Source of the DNA: Escherichia phage Mimir124
Direction: 5' to 3' (one strand)
DNA length: 64,000 nt
Sequence record: PQ310662.1
Within the stretch, counting starts at the first letter, position 1; each line of letters begins with the position of its first letter. Under the pieces are notes generated by a model. The model was not told where the DNA came from, searched no databases, and saw only the letters and a list, made by a program, of their open reading frames with translations. A program made the translations under genes and the position numbers. Positions 37,801 to 45,779 of this stretch are shown here, piece after piece.

Positions 37801-39228
37801 TTTTGCTAATGTTTTACCAACCAGAGAAGCACCAGCCAGAGTAGTACGTAGAGCAGGACCAGCAGAAGCACCAACTGCTTTAACAGTTGCACCTGGAGCT
37901 TGAGCAACCCCAGCACTACCGAAGCCATAAAGTGCACCAAGACCTGCTTGCTCACCAACCCCTTTGAGAGTGTCACGGGATGCATCAACATTTTCCTTGA
38001 TTGCACGGTTCTGGGCATACTGACCGAAGCCGGATTGAATACCCTCTTCTACAGTTTCACGGAGCATGTTAGAACCAGCACCAGCCAGTGAACCTACCTT
38101 AAGTGGGTTAAGTTCAAAACGAGATACCAGTGGGCCGGTAGCAGCAGCAACTGGAGCAGTTAAGCCAGCAGCAATAATACCTGTTTCAGATGCAGTCTGA
38201 CGACGTGCTTCATCAGGGGATAATCCATCAGCAATATGTTGTTGGTAAACAGGAGACTTACTTGCCAAATCTTGATGGGACATCTTCATGATTTCAGAAG
38301 CAGTCTGTTGGTATGCACCACCAGCTTCCATACCACCAATTGCAATAGCAGGTGCAGCAACACGACCAGCAGACAATGCAACCTGTGCAGGGCGTGAACC
38401 TAACTCAGCAGCTAAGGTAATACCCTTAACAGCTTTATCACCACCTACCATTACTTTACCAAGTGCAGATACACCACGGATAAGTGGACCACCAGTAAAG
38501 AGGGAACCAACACCTTCACTCAGTCCGTCGGAAGCAGCCATACCATTATCAAGTGTATTAGCAACAGAATCGAAAGCATCACGACCAATGCGAGACAAGG
38601 AGGCAACCAAATCGCTCTCCCCATTTTTGACGTCTTGTTCATAGAGTTTCTGGTTCTTTTGAGCAGAAATCTGGTTCTGATTCTGAACAACTTTACGGGT
38701 AGCATTCAGTGCATCAGATTGTAAATTGTGTACACCTTCATTCAACCAATCCATCCCGGAAGCAATGGATGCCCCGGCATTATCATTGACCAGACCTGTG
38801 CCAAGAGCAGCAATGCCCCCAAGGGTATTAGCAACACCAAGACCAACACCAGAAAGAGTATCGCCAAATGCTTCTGCGTTAGTACGTTGTTTAGATAAGT
38901 CCTGACGTACAACATCAGCAGCATTAGCTCGGCTATTAAGAATTTGTAGACCTTGCTCATTACCGTACTTATTAATGATTTCTAATGGAGAGGCTTGAGT
39001 GAAATCTGCCTGAAGTGAACCCGGTTCGAATGCACCGATTCCAAGATTACCTACTCGTCCAGTCTGGAGATTGTAAGCGTTCTCTGGGGTTAATTGGAAA
39101 GGGCTTTGCCCTTGTGCAGCTTGCTTCTGAGAGGTTGCAGTAGAGACATCGACTTGCTTAGCAGTAGTGATGCTGTCTGCGAAACCTGCCAGACGGTCAA
39201 ATGTTGACATAGCATGTTTCCTGTTCAA
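28879..39228 (-). CDS. giant virion-encapsidated RNA polymerase (N4 vRNAP-like)
   Basis: Single uninterrupted 3449-aa ORF, a size class essentially unique to N4-like phage virion RNAP; position at start of the leftward structural block. Confidence 0.75.
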   Translation of the reverse strand: MNRKHAMSTFDRLAGFADSITTAKQVDVSTATSQKQAAQGQSPFQLTPENAYNLQTGRVGNLGIGAFEPGSLQADFTQASPLEIINKYGNEQGLQILNSRANAADVVRQDLSKQRTNAEAFGDTLSGVGLGVANTLGGIAALGTGLVNDNAGASIASGMDWLNEGVHNLQSDALNATRKVVQNQNQISAQKNQKLYEQDVKNGESDLVASLSRIGRDAFDSVANTLDNGMAASDGLSEGVGSLFTGGPLIRGVSALGKVMVGGDKAVKGITLAAELGSRPAQVALSAGRVAAPAIAIGGMEAGGAYQQTASEIMKMSHQDLASKSPVYQQHIADGLSPDEARRQTASETGIIAAGLTAPVAAATGPLVSRFELNPLKVGSLAGAGSNMLRETVEEGIQSGFGQYAQNRAIKENVDASRDTLKGVGEQAGLGALYGFGSAGVAQAPGATVKAVGASAGPALRTTLAGASLVGKTLAKAASPLTNILVQRGEEVAKRNEQASPVADATVNAAAQEAAAQAEQAQATVQEAVDAMDITPEEKAAATQYAADLTQAMKFDPVELEQANLVIREAVSGSTNRVEAIQKMADLVNTAEDPNVQMEAAIQMYDNIMSMDSFINRDPGALANLEQGSPAATIVDQFSGLMANVQNTPKVLRAYRAIHSMIQEQAEAGKLKATEEANQAQANNIAMAADVSPEVLDADSVNMVLKHASEGKITLGNHQRAALQSAAALLQGAREFDAKAEELGLRPQDIVSKQIKTDESRSNEGQYSALQHAKRIRSAYNSGNFDLASAYLSDFMKFAQHMQNKVGALNEHLISGNADKNKSVHYQALSPSREWVRSRTGLGVNPYDTKSVKFAQQVGLEAKTVADIANALATAYPELNVSHVKVTPLDSRLDKPAAQVVKEFRQGNLDAAQSQQTNEPVNQVDETPAPVQEDTTTVQPKAKPVVENKTAPTMETSPKTEEVSTTKSETVDTTQEVVETKTEMETVFPVYNNEKTPNQFLKAFTLPEEPKSRTIGSESPLTDVKKALSSVARFEAFTQKENNALTSDVIKRYQDLFDFGETLKTTLSDRLAKFLANKNVGKRFAEGTEANRWVGGKLLNIVEKDGDTFKFNDQLLETAVLAGLQWRLTATQNAAIKDMKDVAAITGVEASLLPEGILADFENAQTLVEATNSLAQKIESYWGLNRNPNAPLGYTKGIPMAMATEILSSFIEMGEVKESMLDVSEIDPASNKTVGLYTIEKLDDNDAINNFPTAIEEAVLVEPEEKMYFGDDIPSVAQTQLRNPAVKNTPEQKAALKAEQATEFRVHMPMVNFYEALGRDNILELMGAGTINPELLNVNTAKSLECKNLSVSMAYDSLFGVINQVQEQENGLDTPIHYGYNMTRVGRMQMLGKNNPQSSKLVREAILPTFSTIDLSNENSQAFSDFQLGLAQALGIKVHNMSREAMSEKLTKALEGNLKPAVDMMVEFDKSGYLPVDAVDILKTSLGGDKSFVALMALMEYARYLNSDDRANFNTPLYVEADGVTNGPINAMVLMTGGKFTPDWIKNTAKGGLFFGKAGKTMNEHRSQDDSVDLYEASTNGLQQALGELRSTYRNNVPVMSQMNHLQKLMDLFIKDFNLNEDGTLDLKRGIAKNPLTITIYGSGARGIAGKMVSAITDTIYERFSDVLQARAADPSISPAMAMFGKEAASEADAQAMLDTFLTSMEALTGNVPVMRKGELSIQQVEGALTGKLDPQKFTVSGNALKNLQENMLHLFVEPMRTGIRNTVGEGLMHSTENLQKATQIQSLVLQDMFQQAVQAKLAEKEKDSTWKKGDFLTQKELNEIQNSLSPLAPMIETGSQTFYIAGSENTDVANQVLATNLDDRMRVPMSIYAPSQAGVAGIPFMTIGTGDGMMMQTLSTMKGAPKNTLKIFDGMNIGINDITDASRKANEAVYTSWQGNPIKNVYDSFAKFMKNVDFSKLSDETKQAIAKSALEYDQREGATDDLLRIGAEQIERNLRNIALGVDIRHKVMNQVQTTVDQMAAVGAPYVNNGKISLEGLTVDQQVAKLNELFDAELNKRRDAVRAAKAEPVKEVPAMEKVGRVLKSGVRLLSNTAITKLAKEMSPEQQAVLKEVQKSLAAKDYKVVYGTPAQLDAYAIEKNITRPAPEDIEAAEAGNAYGWTNFEDKTIYLVTPSLETLVHELVHASTFESVLAHYEGTSNEAVQNIEDLMNQFRTLDVKDESPAVREAYADALNTINGHLSNGFIEPAMAKAAALNEYMAWGLTNRELIGKQKKTTALKAMVQAVYEAIKRLVFGRKKAPANADDMFSGLLFNSSVVMRGQAPTAAVAKDTTLFHNKAYGDNTRLEELGQTFDKLITNYIGSEPVQQVIRKGKFSDAVVNATKVTRDVQAHGFTMNMQEQRLFTNIVAALATEAAISPAALSRAQEYYAHVTKNLTVEAFMADPDSTNPADRYYAQQKFDTIMGANNIEFDAQGRSSLLPTFVGLAMVSEEVRNVLANIPVMKADKKSGNTIDAMLTNIGTAAMSSLNARVTGDTKATNVQEGTDALAQTIMQTSLNAQSFYDSVAIPSGNAIDRANQYLVDSIDALSTRALESAREVAANTKNPLVKGAAHAAQLVAAIATEKNGVIVAEGVMAAMNQGKVWQPFHDLVNDLTGRTKSNASVYDLIKAVRAQVQADRQQFREHLPTTIASKFSRKLTKDEWKAMHTGMGKTDLAVLRDTMSLAEIRDLLTDQKIVDREVNKLEADLQKQAGRNWPLISRKSKQLAQYMINGTVGNNLLRNATAISRMLGERQAARSTVDVAQLDKLITLYALEAMNKSDREMLSSLAQSEVEGMDFATSYLVGQRKDEMAKAKSDMRATLNQYKGHIPSETKQGVNLIVAEDSQFADLIEKSYVRLGTYQGSSANRGPARSYYFAPVQAQAPFSQGILQNVRNTAGGVDLGTGFTMGSMVAGRITDKPSVDRITKALARGERGNEPLLPVYDDKGNVVAYEQSIDPNMLKHIEGENHLARAIGVWRGRQVEEAKAQRFNDMLIENLHSMYENDIKMSASNKSQYVNLLGSKLDPVTADALKLMNSETRRKAESLFGDGELWVRRDMLNDALGYRAASVGDAWSGNSRWSPETLDTFKKAMLGVFGNRAYKYTMGGENLVQNLVKEAKTLIVVKSVVVPAVNFLANLYQMVARGVPVKNIAKSIPQKTAEINQYLKSRLRQVDAEAELRAATNPNQIRKLKAEIQSITDSHKRMSIWPLLEAGEFSSIADAGIGRDDILITEGKLQEYMSKLADKLPKSVRTAGRYALITKDTALFQGIQKTVEYSDFIAKAIIYDELTQRKGKTREEALGRVTEEFINYDRLPGRFRGYMESVGLMWFYNFKIRSAKVAVSMIRNNPVHAAMAMLAPTPTMFGNVGLPIQDNIFSIAAKGSLDYSWGFGQGLRAHNLNPWMNLVN

Positions 39229-39269
39229 ACTTATATCGTATATAGGTAACTTACTCTACAGTAAGCCAG

Positions 39270-39296
39270 TTAAAGAAAAAAGCCCCGTAGGGCTTT
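39270..39296 (-). terminator. Rho-independent terminator on - strand between upstream virion gene and vRNAP gene
   Basis: Reverse complement reads AGCCC-tacg-GGGCT followed by TTTTTT. Confidence 0.5.
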
Positions 39297-39304
39297 TATT
39301 AGTA

Positions 39305-41044
39305 TTACCGATTTTGCCTTGGTTGCATATACTCAGGCAGTCCCTGTGCCTGACGTAAGTACCTTGCAGCACGCTCTTCGTCTTCCTTAGCTCGTGCTCT
39401 ATCCACACTAGCCTGTGACCGGAAACCCCTTGGAGCCAGGTTAGCTGGGTCAGCTTGAACCTGTGCCTGTGCAGCTTGGAGCATTGCAGCAGCTTTAGTA
39501 ACAGCCTCCTGACGTGCAGGTAAAAGAGCAGTAAGACCACTTTGTCCGGTGTTAATCTTGTTCTGGGTATTTGCCAGTGCAGCTACAGCAGCATCATACG
39601 CAGTCTGTGCTGCCTGAATATTCTGCATAGCCTGAGCACGACCTAGGTTACGAACACTACCTTCCAGTGGTTCTCCCCGTTTCACACCCTCAATTAACTG
39701 TTCTACCTGACGGTCATTAAGACGCATACCATTACCGGCTTCATTGGTAATGAATGGGTTAACTGCATCAATAGCACGACTAATATAACCTTCCGGTACA
39801 CCAGTCTGTGCACGCTGCATAACAGCAGCAGCCATAGCTGGTGACATATTCCCACGCTGGGAAATATCATTCAGTCGGTTCAGTACCCAGTTACGGTCAG
39901 CACCTTTAAAATCACCTTCCAACAAACGGTTAGCAATCTCACCTACTGGGGTATTATCAGTGACAGTACCGAGGAAGTCAGTATTAAGACTACCGGTGTT
40001 ATCCTGCATAGAACGAGTACCAATCATACCCTGAGCCAGAGTAGATACTGCCTGATTGCCCTGATTATTCTGAACCATAGCAAGTGGGTCAGCCCCTACT
40101 TCAGCTTGGGCAATAACAGGTTTAATCTCTTCCCATGTCATATCCTTATAAGCACCAGGGGTAGAGTTAGGCAGTGCAGCCCAAGTATCTTTAAGGTTGC
40201 CATTCTTACGAGATTCGAAGATAGCCTTACCAATCTTATCCTGGTTCTCAGGAGAAAGGGGCTGGCTTTGCCAATCTGAACCAAGAACTTTGGGAGCGAA
40301 GTCTTTCAGTGTAGCTTGGTTAATCTGGAACGCACCAACAGGTGAAGCACCCTGGTTAGACTTCATACCATCCTGGTGTTTAATTACATCACCAATACTC
40401 ATTTGAGTAATAGGAGTAGATGTACCAGCAAACTGGTAAGTAACATCGTAAGGGGAACCCTGACGAGTACCAGCAGTACCAGGAGCAGATGCAGCACCTA
40501 CGCCATTGCCATATACACCCGGGTAAGCATTAGCCAGTAATCCCTGCAAGCGTGCCTGTGCAACTGGGGACAGGTTCTTACTATATGCTTCTGCCAACAG
40601 ACGGGCATCGTTGGGGTTCTCAGCACCACGGGTAATCTGTGACATTACACCCATAGCTGCCTGACTATCGGCATCATTACGTTGAGCAACACCCAAATCA
40701 AAACGGTTCTGTGCTTGACTAATAGCCTGACCTTGTTGAGTCAGAAGTGTACCTGCTCTCTCATCCAGATTCTGGAGAGTACGCTGGTTTACCAGAGAAG
40801 GGTCAACTCCCTGAAACAATGCACCTGATGCCAAAGCATTACGATACTCAGTTGGGTCTTGATATTGCATAGCATTCATCATGACGGCATTGCCAGCCTC
40901 CTGCTTGGCAGCGTTCTGGAAATTACCCAGTGCATCACTTAAGCCGGAGGTGGCGTTACCAATCATGCTACCAAATGTGCGAATGCTGTCACCAACTCCA
41001 GAGAAGTTAGGTGCATCAACATTACGCCATGTTATCTGACTCAT
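39305..41044 (-). CDS. virion-associated protein (function unknown)
   Basis: 579-aa ORF in structural block next to vRNAP. Confidence 0.4.
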   Translation of the reverse strand: MSQITWRNVDAPNFSGVGDSIRTFGSMIGNATSGLSDALGNFQNAAKQEAGNAVMMNAMQYQDPTEYRNALASGALFQGVDPSLVNQRTLQNLDERAGTLLTQQGQAISQAQNRFDLGVAQRNDADSQAAMGVMSQITRGAENPNDARLLAEAYSKNLSPVAQARLQGLLANAYPGVYGNGVGAASAPGTAGTRQGSPYDVTYQFAGTSTPITQMSIGDVIKHQDGMKSNQGASPVGAFQINQATLKDFAPKVLGSDWQSQPLSPENQDKIGKAIFESRKNGNLKDTWAALPNSTPGAYKDMTWEEIKPVIAQAEVGADPLAMVQNNQGNQAVSTLAQGMIGTRSMQDNTGSLNTDFLGTVTDNTPVGEIANRLLEGDFKGADRNWVLNRLNDISQRGNMSPAMAAAVMQRAQTGVPEGYISRAIDAVNPFITNEAGNGMRLNDRQVEQLIEGVKRGEPLEGSVRNLGRAQAMQNIQAAQTAYDAAVAALANTQNKINTGQSGLTALLPARQEAVTKAAAMLQAAQAQVQADPANLAPRGFRSQASVDRARAKEDEERAARYLRQAQGLPEYMQPRQNR

Positions 41045-41056
41045 GATGGTTTCCTA

Positions 41057-41521
41057 TTAACGAGTTAGTTTATTGGCTGCAATGTAAGCATCAGCCGAAG
41101 ACTGGTCACGGTTCTCTGCCGTAGCACGACTACGAGCACGGTCTTCCAGTGCAGTGTTATAAGACTTAATCTGGTTATTCAGGTTAGTGTTAGTAACACT
41201 CTTAGTAAAGTTCAACTGGTCTTTGGCTAACTTATTAGCCTGGAAACCACTGTAAATATTAGCTAATGAACCAAGTGCACCTAATCCTAGTTGGAAGGTA
41301 GGTACGTTCATGCCCAACTGATTAGCTGAACCAGACAGGAAAGAAGTAGGGGAAGCTACTCCCGAACCTGCCCCCATACCAATAGCAGCACCTGGGTTGT
41401 AGTTCATAGCCGGGGTATTAAAGTTCTGATTGTTATTAGACATCCAAGACATAGCCGCTGGCTGTGGGGCTTGGTTACCTGTTAAGAATGACAAATCCAT
41501 GAGGATTCTCCTGTTAAGCAA
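41057..41521 (-). CDS. hypothetical structural-block protein
   Basis: 154-aa ORF, Asn/Gly-rich. Confidence 0.35.
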   Translation of the reverse strand: MLNRRILMDLSFLTGNQAPQPAAMSWMSNNNQNFNTPAMNYNPGAAIGMGAGSGVASPTSFLSGSANQLGMNVPTFQLGLGALGSLANIYSGFQANKLAKDQLNFTKSVTNTNLNNQIKSYNTALEDRARSRATAENRDQSSADAYIAANKLTR

Positions 41522-44156
41522 GGTCAGTATTAAGGGTCATGTCAGAGTAGCTGCCAATCATGTTTAAAGACAAGTCAGCTATATCCGAACCAGTCATAAG
41601 AGTACGTGATAAGAAAGAATCCATCGACTCCATTGACACGAATTGCATAGGGTCAATTACACCCTGCCCAGCAGTACCAAACATTTCTTCATACTGCTTA
41701 TTGATTGCCATCATATCAGTATTGTACTGCTGCATTACACTCTCTGCTTTCTGAATAGTAGCAGCCGTGGATGCATTAATATACTGACTAATACCATTAC
41801 CTACTGAGCTGGTAAGCTGCATGATGTTTTGGGCATTCATCATTTCACCTGCTAAGGTAGATAATGATGTACCAGTAGACAAAGCAGTACCAACATTCAT
41901 AGCTACCATTGAAGCAATAGCAGCAACGATAAAGCCTAGTTTATCTCCAAACAGTGAAGTGGATACTTTTGTGACAAGGGATACCAGAATCATTCCAGCA
42001 ATGGCATTTGCTACAGCACCAACTATTACAGCAGCTAATCCAACAAAACCTAGTGATGCACCAACTGCACCATATGCCCCAAGTATACCTGCACCACCAG
42101 CACCAGCAGTAAATACCGATACAACGACAGCAACCACAACAACTACAATCTTAAAGGCAGAAGACTGATACCACTTTTTCTTAACCTTTTTATATGAGTT
42201 CATTACTAAGTAAGAACAGGCAGTAGATAACTGAGTACTACGAACCAGTGACATTGAACGGTAGATGTTAGTGTGTAGTGGAATGATGAAACCACTCTCT
42301 TCTGCATCACTCATTGCTTCAGCAACATCAATGTTTACTGATTTATTTTTATATACCCTGTTATTGTGGTGTAGACCCAGTACTCTAAGTTTACGGTAAG
42401 AGTTATTACCATCCTGCCAAAGTAATTCATACTCCTGCATAGAGTAAAACGTGGGGGTAATCTCTAGTTTTTTGCTATCACTTGTACGTATGTTCTTGCG
42501 AGTAAGAGTTATATCTCCTGCATACCTGGCTCGTAGTTGTCCCTGTTTAGCACCAGCCCATGCTTGTCCTGAGTGGGTAGTTTCAGATGCGTAGTTCCAG
42601 CCAATAGTCATGTCGTATTTGTAATGTTTACTACTATGCACCCTAAACTCACGCTTAGGTATGACTGGGTATTCCGGTAGCGATGGAGGTGTTCCAACAA
42701 TCTGGCCTTCCTGCCTGTTCCACCATGCTACATAGTCATCAACTGCATCATTAGCTGCCTGATAACCTGCAATGACTGCCTCCAAAGTAGGATAAGTTGG
42801 GTCGGGTGGGAATGCTTCAGTAGCCATCTGAAAGAAACGGTAGATGTATTCCTTAGCAGTATCCTCTGGTGTATTAAGAGATACACCGAATGAGCCACAG
42901 ATGTATTGAATATCCCCAATGTCATCATTCTTCTTAAGCTCTGATGTTACTTTATTGAGTTTTCCTCCAGTAGCTTTATAAAGAGCCTTCTTGCAGTGAG
43001 GGTAGATTGGGTCATTCTCTACCCATTGTTTATCGTTCCTTATTGGGATGAATGGGTAGAACCGGTTATCAGTAGCCTCAGTTTCAAACAGTGAGTCTAG
43101 TGCAACGTTACCAGAGTTCTGTTTATAGATAAGCATCTTAGGTGTACCAGCAGCAGCCATTTCTGTATCAGTACGAGTAGTCTGTGATGAATACTTGCGA
43201 ACCAGTGACTCTGTAGTTGTAGTAATTGTGTCGGTGCGAGTAACACCACCACCTATATCAACTACATTGGTAGTTACAGCAGTACTGGATTGAATCTCAC
43301 CAAACTTTGTATGAGTCATTACTCTGTCAGATACAACTACAGTCACATCATCAGGTTTCTCAGTGAATCCTCTACGATAAACCTTAACGTAAGAGTTCCA
43401 GTTATCCACACTTGGTTCTGTGACAGTGCTGTCTTCATCCGGCCTACCATCAGAGTATACAGAATGAGTCTGTATAGTCTTGGTAAGGTTAGTTGTATTA
43501 GCAGTCATATCACTTGAGATGGTAGTCCATAGCAAAGTGGAGGGTAAGTCATCCTCATCATCATAGACAGTAGTCGGACCTTCTACTGGTGGATTGGTAG
43601 TAGGTGACTTATAGAATGTGTAGTCAGCATAGAGATACAAAGCACCTGGTTCAAAGTTAGTAGGTGTGAATGTAATAGTAGAGCCTCCATCTAAGGAGGT
43701 CATAGTAATTTCATTGGTATCTTCATCAATGTCTATGTCGAATCGTTCCATGATTCGACTTGGGGCATTCTCATAAAGATACTGGTCACACCATTGTTCA
43801 AAGTCAGCAAAGCCAATCTCTGCTGCCTGAACATAGACAGATTCCCCAGCAGGTGGAGTAATTTGACCCTCTATAACAGTAGGGTCAATCTTAGCCAGTA
43901 CGCCTAATGAAGAGCCTGCCATACCAACTTCTGAATCATAGTGGTTCTTACTCCAGCTGGAGAACAGTCGCATACGAATACCTGGTCCATTCAGATAACT
44001 ATCAGAGATAGTATCTGCCATAGTGAATCCTGTATTGGAAATAATGTTGCCAATGACTACAGTCTTCATATAGTTAGGACGTTTATGTATATCCCCTGCC
44101 ATGTTATAGACAGAGGATGCTACGTATACTTTGGTCTTCCCACTGAATAAGCCCAT
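41514..44156 (-). CDS. large virion protein with Gly/Ala-rich hydrophobic C-terminal region (candidate ejection/channel protein)
   Basis: 880 aa; C-terminal third contains VVVVAVVVSVFTAGAGGAGILGAYGAVGASLGFVGLAAVIVGAVANAIAGMILV and further hydrophobic segments. Confidence 0.4.
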   Translation of the reverse strand: MGLFSGKTKVYVASSVYNMAGDIHKRPNYMKTVVIGNIISNTGFTMADTISDSYLNGPGIRMRLFSSWSKNHYDSEVGMAGSSLGVLAKIDPTVIEGQITPPAGESVYVQAAEIGFADFEQWCDQYLYENAPSRIMERFDIDIDEDTNEITMTSLDGGSTITFTPTNFEPGALYLYADYTFYKSPTTNPPVEGPTTVYDDEDDLPSTLLWTTISSDMTANTTNLTKTIQTHSVYSDGRPDEDSTVTEPSVDNWNSYVKVYRRGFTEKPDDVTVVVSDRVMTHTKFGEIQSSTAVTTNVVDIGGGVTRTDTITTTTESLVRKYSSQTTRTDTEMAAAGTPKMLIYKQNSGNVALDSLFETEATDNRFYPFIPIRNDKQWVENDPIYPHCKKALYKATGGKLNKVTSELKKNDDIGDIQYICGSFGVSLNTPEDTAKEYIYRFFQMATEAFPPDPTYPTLEAVIAGYQAANDAVDDYVAWWNRQEGQIVGTPPSLPEYPVIPKREFRVHSSKHYKYDMTIGWNYASETTHSGQAWAGAKQGQLRARYAGDITLTRKNIRTSDSKKLEITPTFYSMQEYELLWQDGNNSYRKLRVLGLHHNNRVYKNKSVNIDVAEAMSDAEESGFIIPLHTNIYRSMSLVRSTQLSTACSYLVMNSYKKVKKKWYQSSAFKIVVVVVAVVVSVFTAGAGGAGILGAYGAVGASLGFVGLAAVIVGAVANAIAGMILVSLVTKVSTSLFGDKLGFIVAAIASMVAMNVGTALSTGTSLSTLAGEMMNAQNIMQLTSSVGNGISQYINASTAATIQKAESVMQQYNTDMMAINKQYEEMFGTAGQGVIDPMQFVSMESMDSFLSRTLMTGSDIADLSLNMIGSYSDMTLNTDLA

Positions 44157-44157
44157 A

Positions 44158-45000
44158 TTAGTTCAGCCCGTTGTTAGACTTCAGCTTGGTCAAAATGGTA
44201 TCAATACTTGCGTTAGTGAAACCATTTGGTGGATTCAAGCCTTCATCAATAGTCTTCTGAGTAATCCATGCATCAGTAAACAATTTAGATGCTTTAACTT
44301 CTGCATCACGTTGATATGAAGTAATCTGCTGGTCATACAACTCCTTCTGCTTACCAATACTACCTTTGATTGGTAAAGAGTCAGAACGTGTTTCCATAGT
44401 CTGTGCACGTTGTACTTCATACTGCTCTTGCAGTAAACGCCCCTGAGCTGGAAGAATCTCATCCATATTGAACTTTGCAGCACAGTAATTCTGGCCCTCA
44501 ATAGAGAGTTTCATCTTAGTTAAGGCATACTCAGACTTAGTAGACAGTGCCTGTACCTTAGCAAGTACAAACTGAGCCTTAGCTGTTGCCAAACCAACAC
44601 GTGCAGTAACTGCCTGAATCTGTGCCAGTGCTGCCTGGAAGTAAGCAGAGTCACGACCCAGAAGGAATTGAACAGCGTTACCCATACATGCTTCCAAGGT
44701 AGCAATATAGGCTTTAGTGTACTCACCACCTGTAATTCGGTTTTCTTTAAACTCAGCTTTAAGGTGCTTACTAGCAGATTCCATTAATGCATCAAATACA
44801 CCAGAGCCGCCTACTTCACGAGTAGTAAGGGATTCGTTAGTGATTCGGGGTACTTCTGCAAAGATTGGTGAATTATCCCCACCAGGGATATCCCATTCAG
44901 GTCCAGTCATATCAATGTTGGGAAGGGTAAAATCATCACCCTTGGTTAACTCTTCTAGGAGTCGGTTAGCTTCTACCTCAGCAGAACAAGACATAATCAT
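44158..45000 (-). CDS. hypothetical structural-block protein
   Basis: 280-aa ORF; coiled-coil-like central region. Confidence 0.35.
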   Translation of the reverse strand: MIMSCSAEVEANRLLEELTKGDDFTLPNIDMTGPEWDIPGGDNSPIFAEVPRITNESLTTREVGGSGVFDALMESASKHLKAEFKENRITGGEYTKAYIATLEACMGNAVQFLLGRDSAYFQAALAQIQAVTARVGLATAKAQFVLAKVQALSTKSEYALTKMKLSIEGQNYCAAKFNMDEILPAQGRLLQEQYEVQRAQTMETRSDSLPIKGSIGKQKELYDQQITSYQRDAEVKASKLFTDAWITQKTIDEGLNPPNGFTNASIDTILTKLKSNNGLN

Positions 45001-45070
45001 TCCTCTTGGTTCAAAAAGAAACGGCCCACGGAGTTACCCCAGTGAGCCGTGTTGAACTGTAGCTTATACG

Positions 45071-45712
45071 TTAATCGTTCAGGCTACCAGCAGCAATCTG
45101 TGCTTGAGCCAGTTGAGCCAATTCTGCTTCAGTCAACGGAGGCAATACTTCAATGGAGAACTCACGTGCTTCAGTTGCACGGATATCCGGTAAGCCATTC
45201 TTACCTTTACGAGTAGTAATGTTGATGAACTTACGTTCTTTAAGGAACTCGTAGATACAGTACGGGATATGATAACCATTGTCGGTTACTTCACCGAACG
45301 GAACAAACTTACGTACAGTACCCATATATTCATTAGCTACGGTGATAATCTCACCTGGCAGGTCTTTCTTCTTAGGGTCAAGGTTCTGGATACGTACACG
45401 AATCAGCCGAGTCTGTTCTGCACGAATCTTCTGACCCAGGGTCATCTTCTTAACACCTGCTTCTTGTTTAGCACCCAGTGGGTTAACAGCATCTTCTTCT
45501 ACTTCTGGTTCATCGCTTGCTTGTGCAGCTTCAATCTTCTCACGAAGTTTCTCAACGGAGATGTTGTTAGAGAACTTAATATTCATCAACGTTGCACGTT
45601 GCTTAAGAACTTCAAGTTCACTAGGCATTGCAATATCGTTAACGGTATCTTCGTTGCCCTGTACGTTCAGTTCTACGTCAGTGGTCGGTTTATCGTTAAT
45701 GCTCATGTTCAT
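45071..45712 (-). CDS. hypothetical head-related protein
   Basis: 213-aa ORF immediately downstream (in transcription) of the capsid gene. Confidence 0.35.
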   Translation of the reverse strand: MNMSINDKPTTDVELNVQGNEDTVNDIAMPSELEVLKQRATLMNIKFSNNISVEKLREKIEAAQASDEPEVEEDAVNPLGAKQEAGVKKMTLGQKIRAEQTRLIRVRIQNLDPKKKDLPGEIITVANEYMGTVRKFVPFGEVTDNGYHIPYCIYEFLKERKFINITTRKGKNGLPDIRATEAREFSIEVLPPLTEAELAQLAQAQIAAGSLND

Positions 45713-45779
45713 ATTTCCTGTGGTTCATTTAGTTTTATTAAGAGGGGGACTAATGTCCCCCTTGTTTTATTTCGGACTA

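Noticed and set aside
29930-38644. Numerous 60-140 aa + strand ORFs inside the vRNAP gene
   Set aside because: All are antisense to a single continuous 3449-aa ORF; none has convincing start context or recognisable motifs.
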